Positions 62,417 through 64,000 of a stretch of DNA of 64,000 bases are shown here, in pieces. The notes beneath the pieces were generated by a model. That model saw only the letters and a program-made list of their open reading frames with translations. It searched no databases and was not told where the DNA came from. The stretch comes from Octopus bimaculoides (taxonomy: Eukaryota): NCBI RefSeq assembly GCF_001194135.2, contig NC_068982.1, positions 163,079,223-163,143,222 of the forward strand, given 5' to 3'. Both the position numbers and the translations under genes were made by a program. Numbering within the stretch: position 1 is the stretch's first letter; every line of letters begins with the position of its first letter.

Positions 62417-64000
62417 ATAATTTTTAAAACTATTCTCTTAAATCAGTTAAATTTCTGTTTTCCTTCGATTTTCATTCTTACGATTTTTTTCATCATTTTT
62501 GGAATACTTAGCTATATTTCTAAGTGATTTTCTAGACTTACTTGAAATTATTACCGTCTAAAAATTCATTTATAGCAGTTTTTAATGGAATATGAAGTCA
62601 ATTCAGTCCAAAAGATTATTAATGTTAGTAATAACTTTGATGCATATCTTATATTTAAAATGATAGAAATGGAGCAATATGATTTCTTACATTAACCCTG
62701 GTTTTACATACTCGGAGGGAGGGTCATTATTGATCAACTTGACCCCGCTTTTGTTTAGTTCTTTTATCGATTAGTTTAGTTCTTTTATCGATTATGGAAG
62801 CATAAAAAGCTGATTCGATATCGGGGATTGGAAATTAGAACGTAAAGAGACGTATCTAAATTTGACAATATGTTCTGTCCTGTGTTTTACCGTAATCAGC
62901 GAAGAAAGTACTCTGGAAAGTACGAAAACACTGAAATAATCATTAAATCAAATAAAACCAATCACTTAACGAAATTTATCTAGTAATTATCTCCCTTCGA
63001 ATCTCAAAACATTTTTCAATGAAACAAAAATTTTAGTATTTTAATTATTTTATGCAACGTTTTTATTGTAAACTCCTTGCTACGATTATTAGGTGAGTTA
63101 AGCCTCATCTGGTCACTGAGATTGAATCAAATTCCAGTGTGTTATACAAATTATAACCCAGATAATCAGTATCCAGTTTGGCATTAAACACTTCCATATT
63201 CGAATCTTCTCGGGGTCAACATAACCTTTAATTTCGACAGAAGATTTCGAGTTTTGGCAAAAGTATTAGTTATTTATTGATTGGAATGGCTACTGGCCAA
63301 GCTGTAAGAGTCAGCGCTATGTATTTTGTCGCAAGGCTGATTGCCCCTCATTATGATTAAGTTCATCTTACTGTAAATAGATACCCCCATGTGACAGAGA
63401 TCACCTTTGTTGGCCGCTCAGGGCTGTATGAATGATGAGTTATTTGCTTCTAATGCTGAGCTCAGAATCTTACAGCATTATTTGCGAACTATCACGGCTC
63501 TCAGAACATACATATTCCAGTGTTTTTTTCCTATATGTATTGCTCAAATGCTATAAATACTGTCTCATCATCATCCTTATCAATCTTAGCATAGGTAGAA
63601 TAGATTTACTGTGCAGTATTAAATAACACTACTTTAAATACAATGACACTATATGCATTACAGCTATATCATATGCATTACTGAGAGTTATAAAGCAAAG
63701 TATTGCATTCAGTTTTCAGTGGTATCAAATTATGTGATATTATACATATTGTACACAGGTAACAAAAATAACACATTGTCTACAATAATACTATTAATGT
63801 AACTTTCTCAGAAGTAATAATTTTATTCATATCACATATATTGCTCAAAGATAACATTGCTCAGATACACAAAATTTATTACCACCATTATTTTAATGTC
63901 CTTCCATTTTTTTGGATGAAGTCCAGTATCTTCATTTCATATCGTCAATTGATCATCCTCTACCATGAGTATCTTCTACTGACACCTAGGGGTCATTCTC

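Overview
AT-rich, repeat-dense animal genomic DNA from a draft assembly with six N-gaps. The SINE/LINE repertoire suggests an octopus or other coleoid cephalopod; this is an inference from remembered repeat families, not a database result. There are two clear host genes, both on the minus strand. The first is a complete 12-coding-exon Suppressor of fused (SUFU) gene, CDS 46092 to 10930. Its exons join by hand into 1467 nt (488 aa plus stop), all introns are GT-AG, and intron 1 is 21.4 kb. The second is a full-length U6 snRNA gene (52559 to 52451) with an upstream TATA box and octamer. The rest is transposon-derived: RTE LINEs (one with a PHD-type finger inside ORF2, several with tandem structured 3' UTR repeats), CR1, Penelope-like GIY-YIG, mariner/Tc1, hAT, Tigger, a Helitron end, MITEs, three tRNA-derived SINE families and microsatellites. 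No CRISPR array or prokaryotic system is present, and I found no clearly new biological system. The best leads are the PHD-bearing RTE with its hairpin repeat array, two near-perfect foldback elements, inverted repeat pairs inside the SUFU pre-mRNA, and the native U6 promoter.
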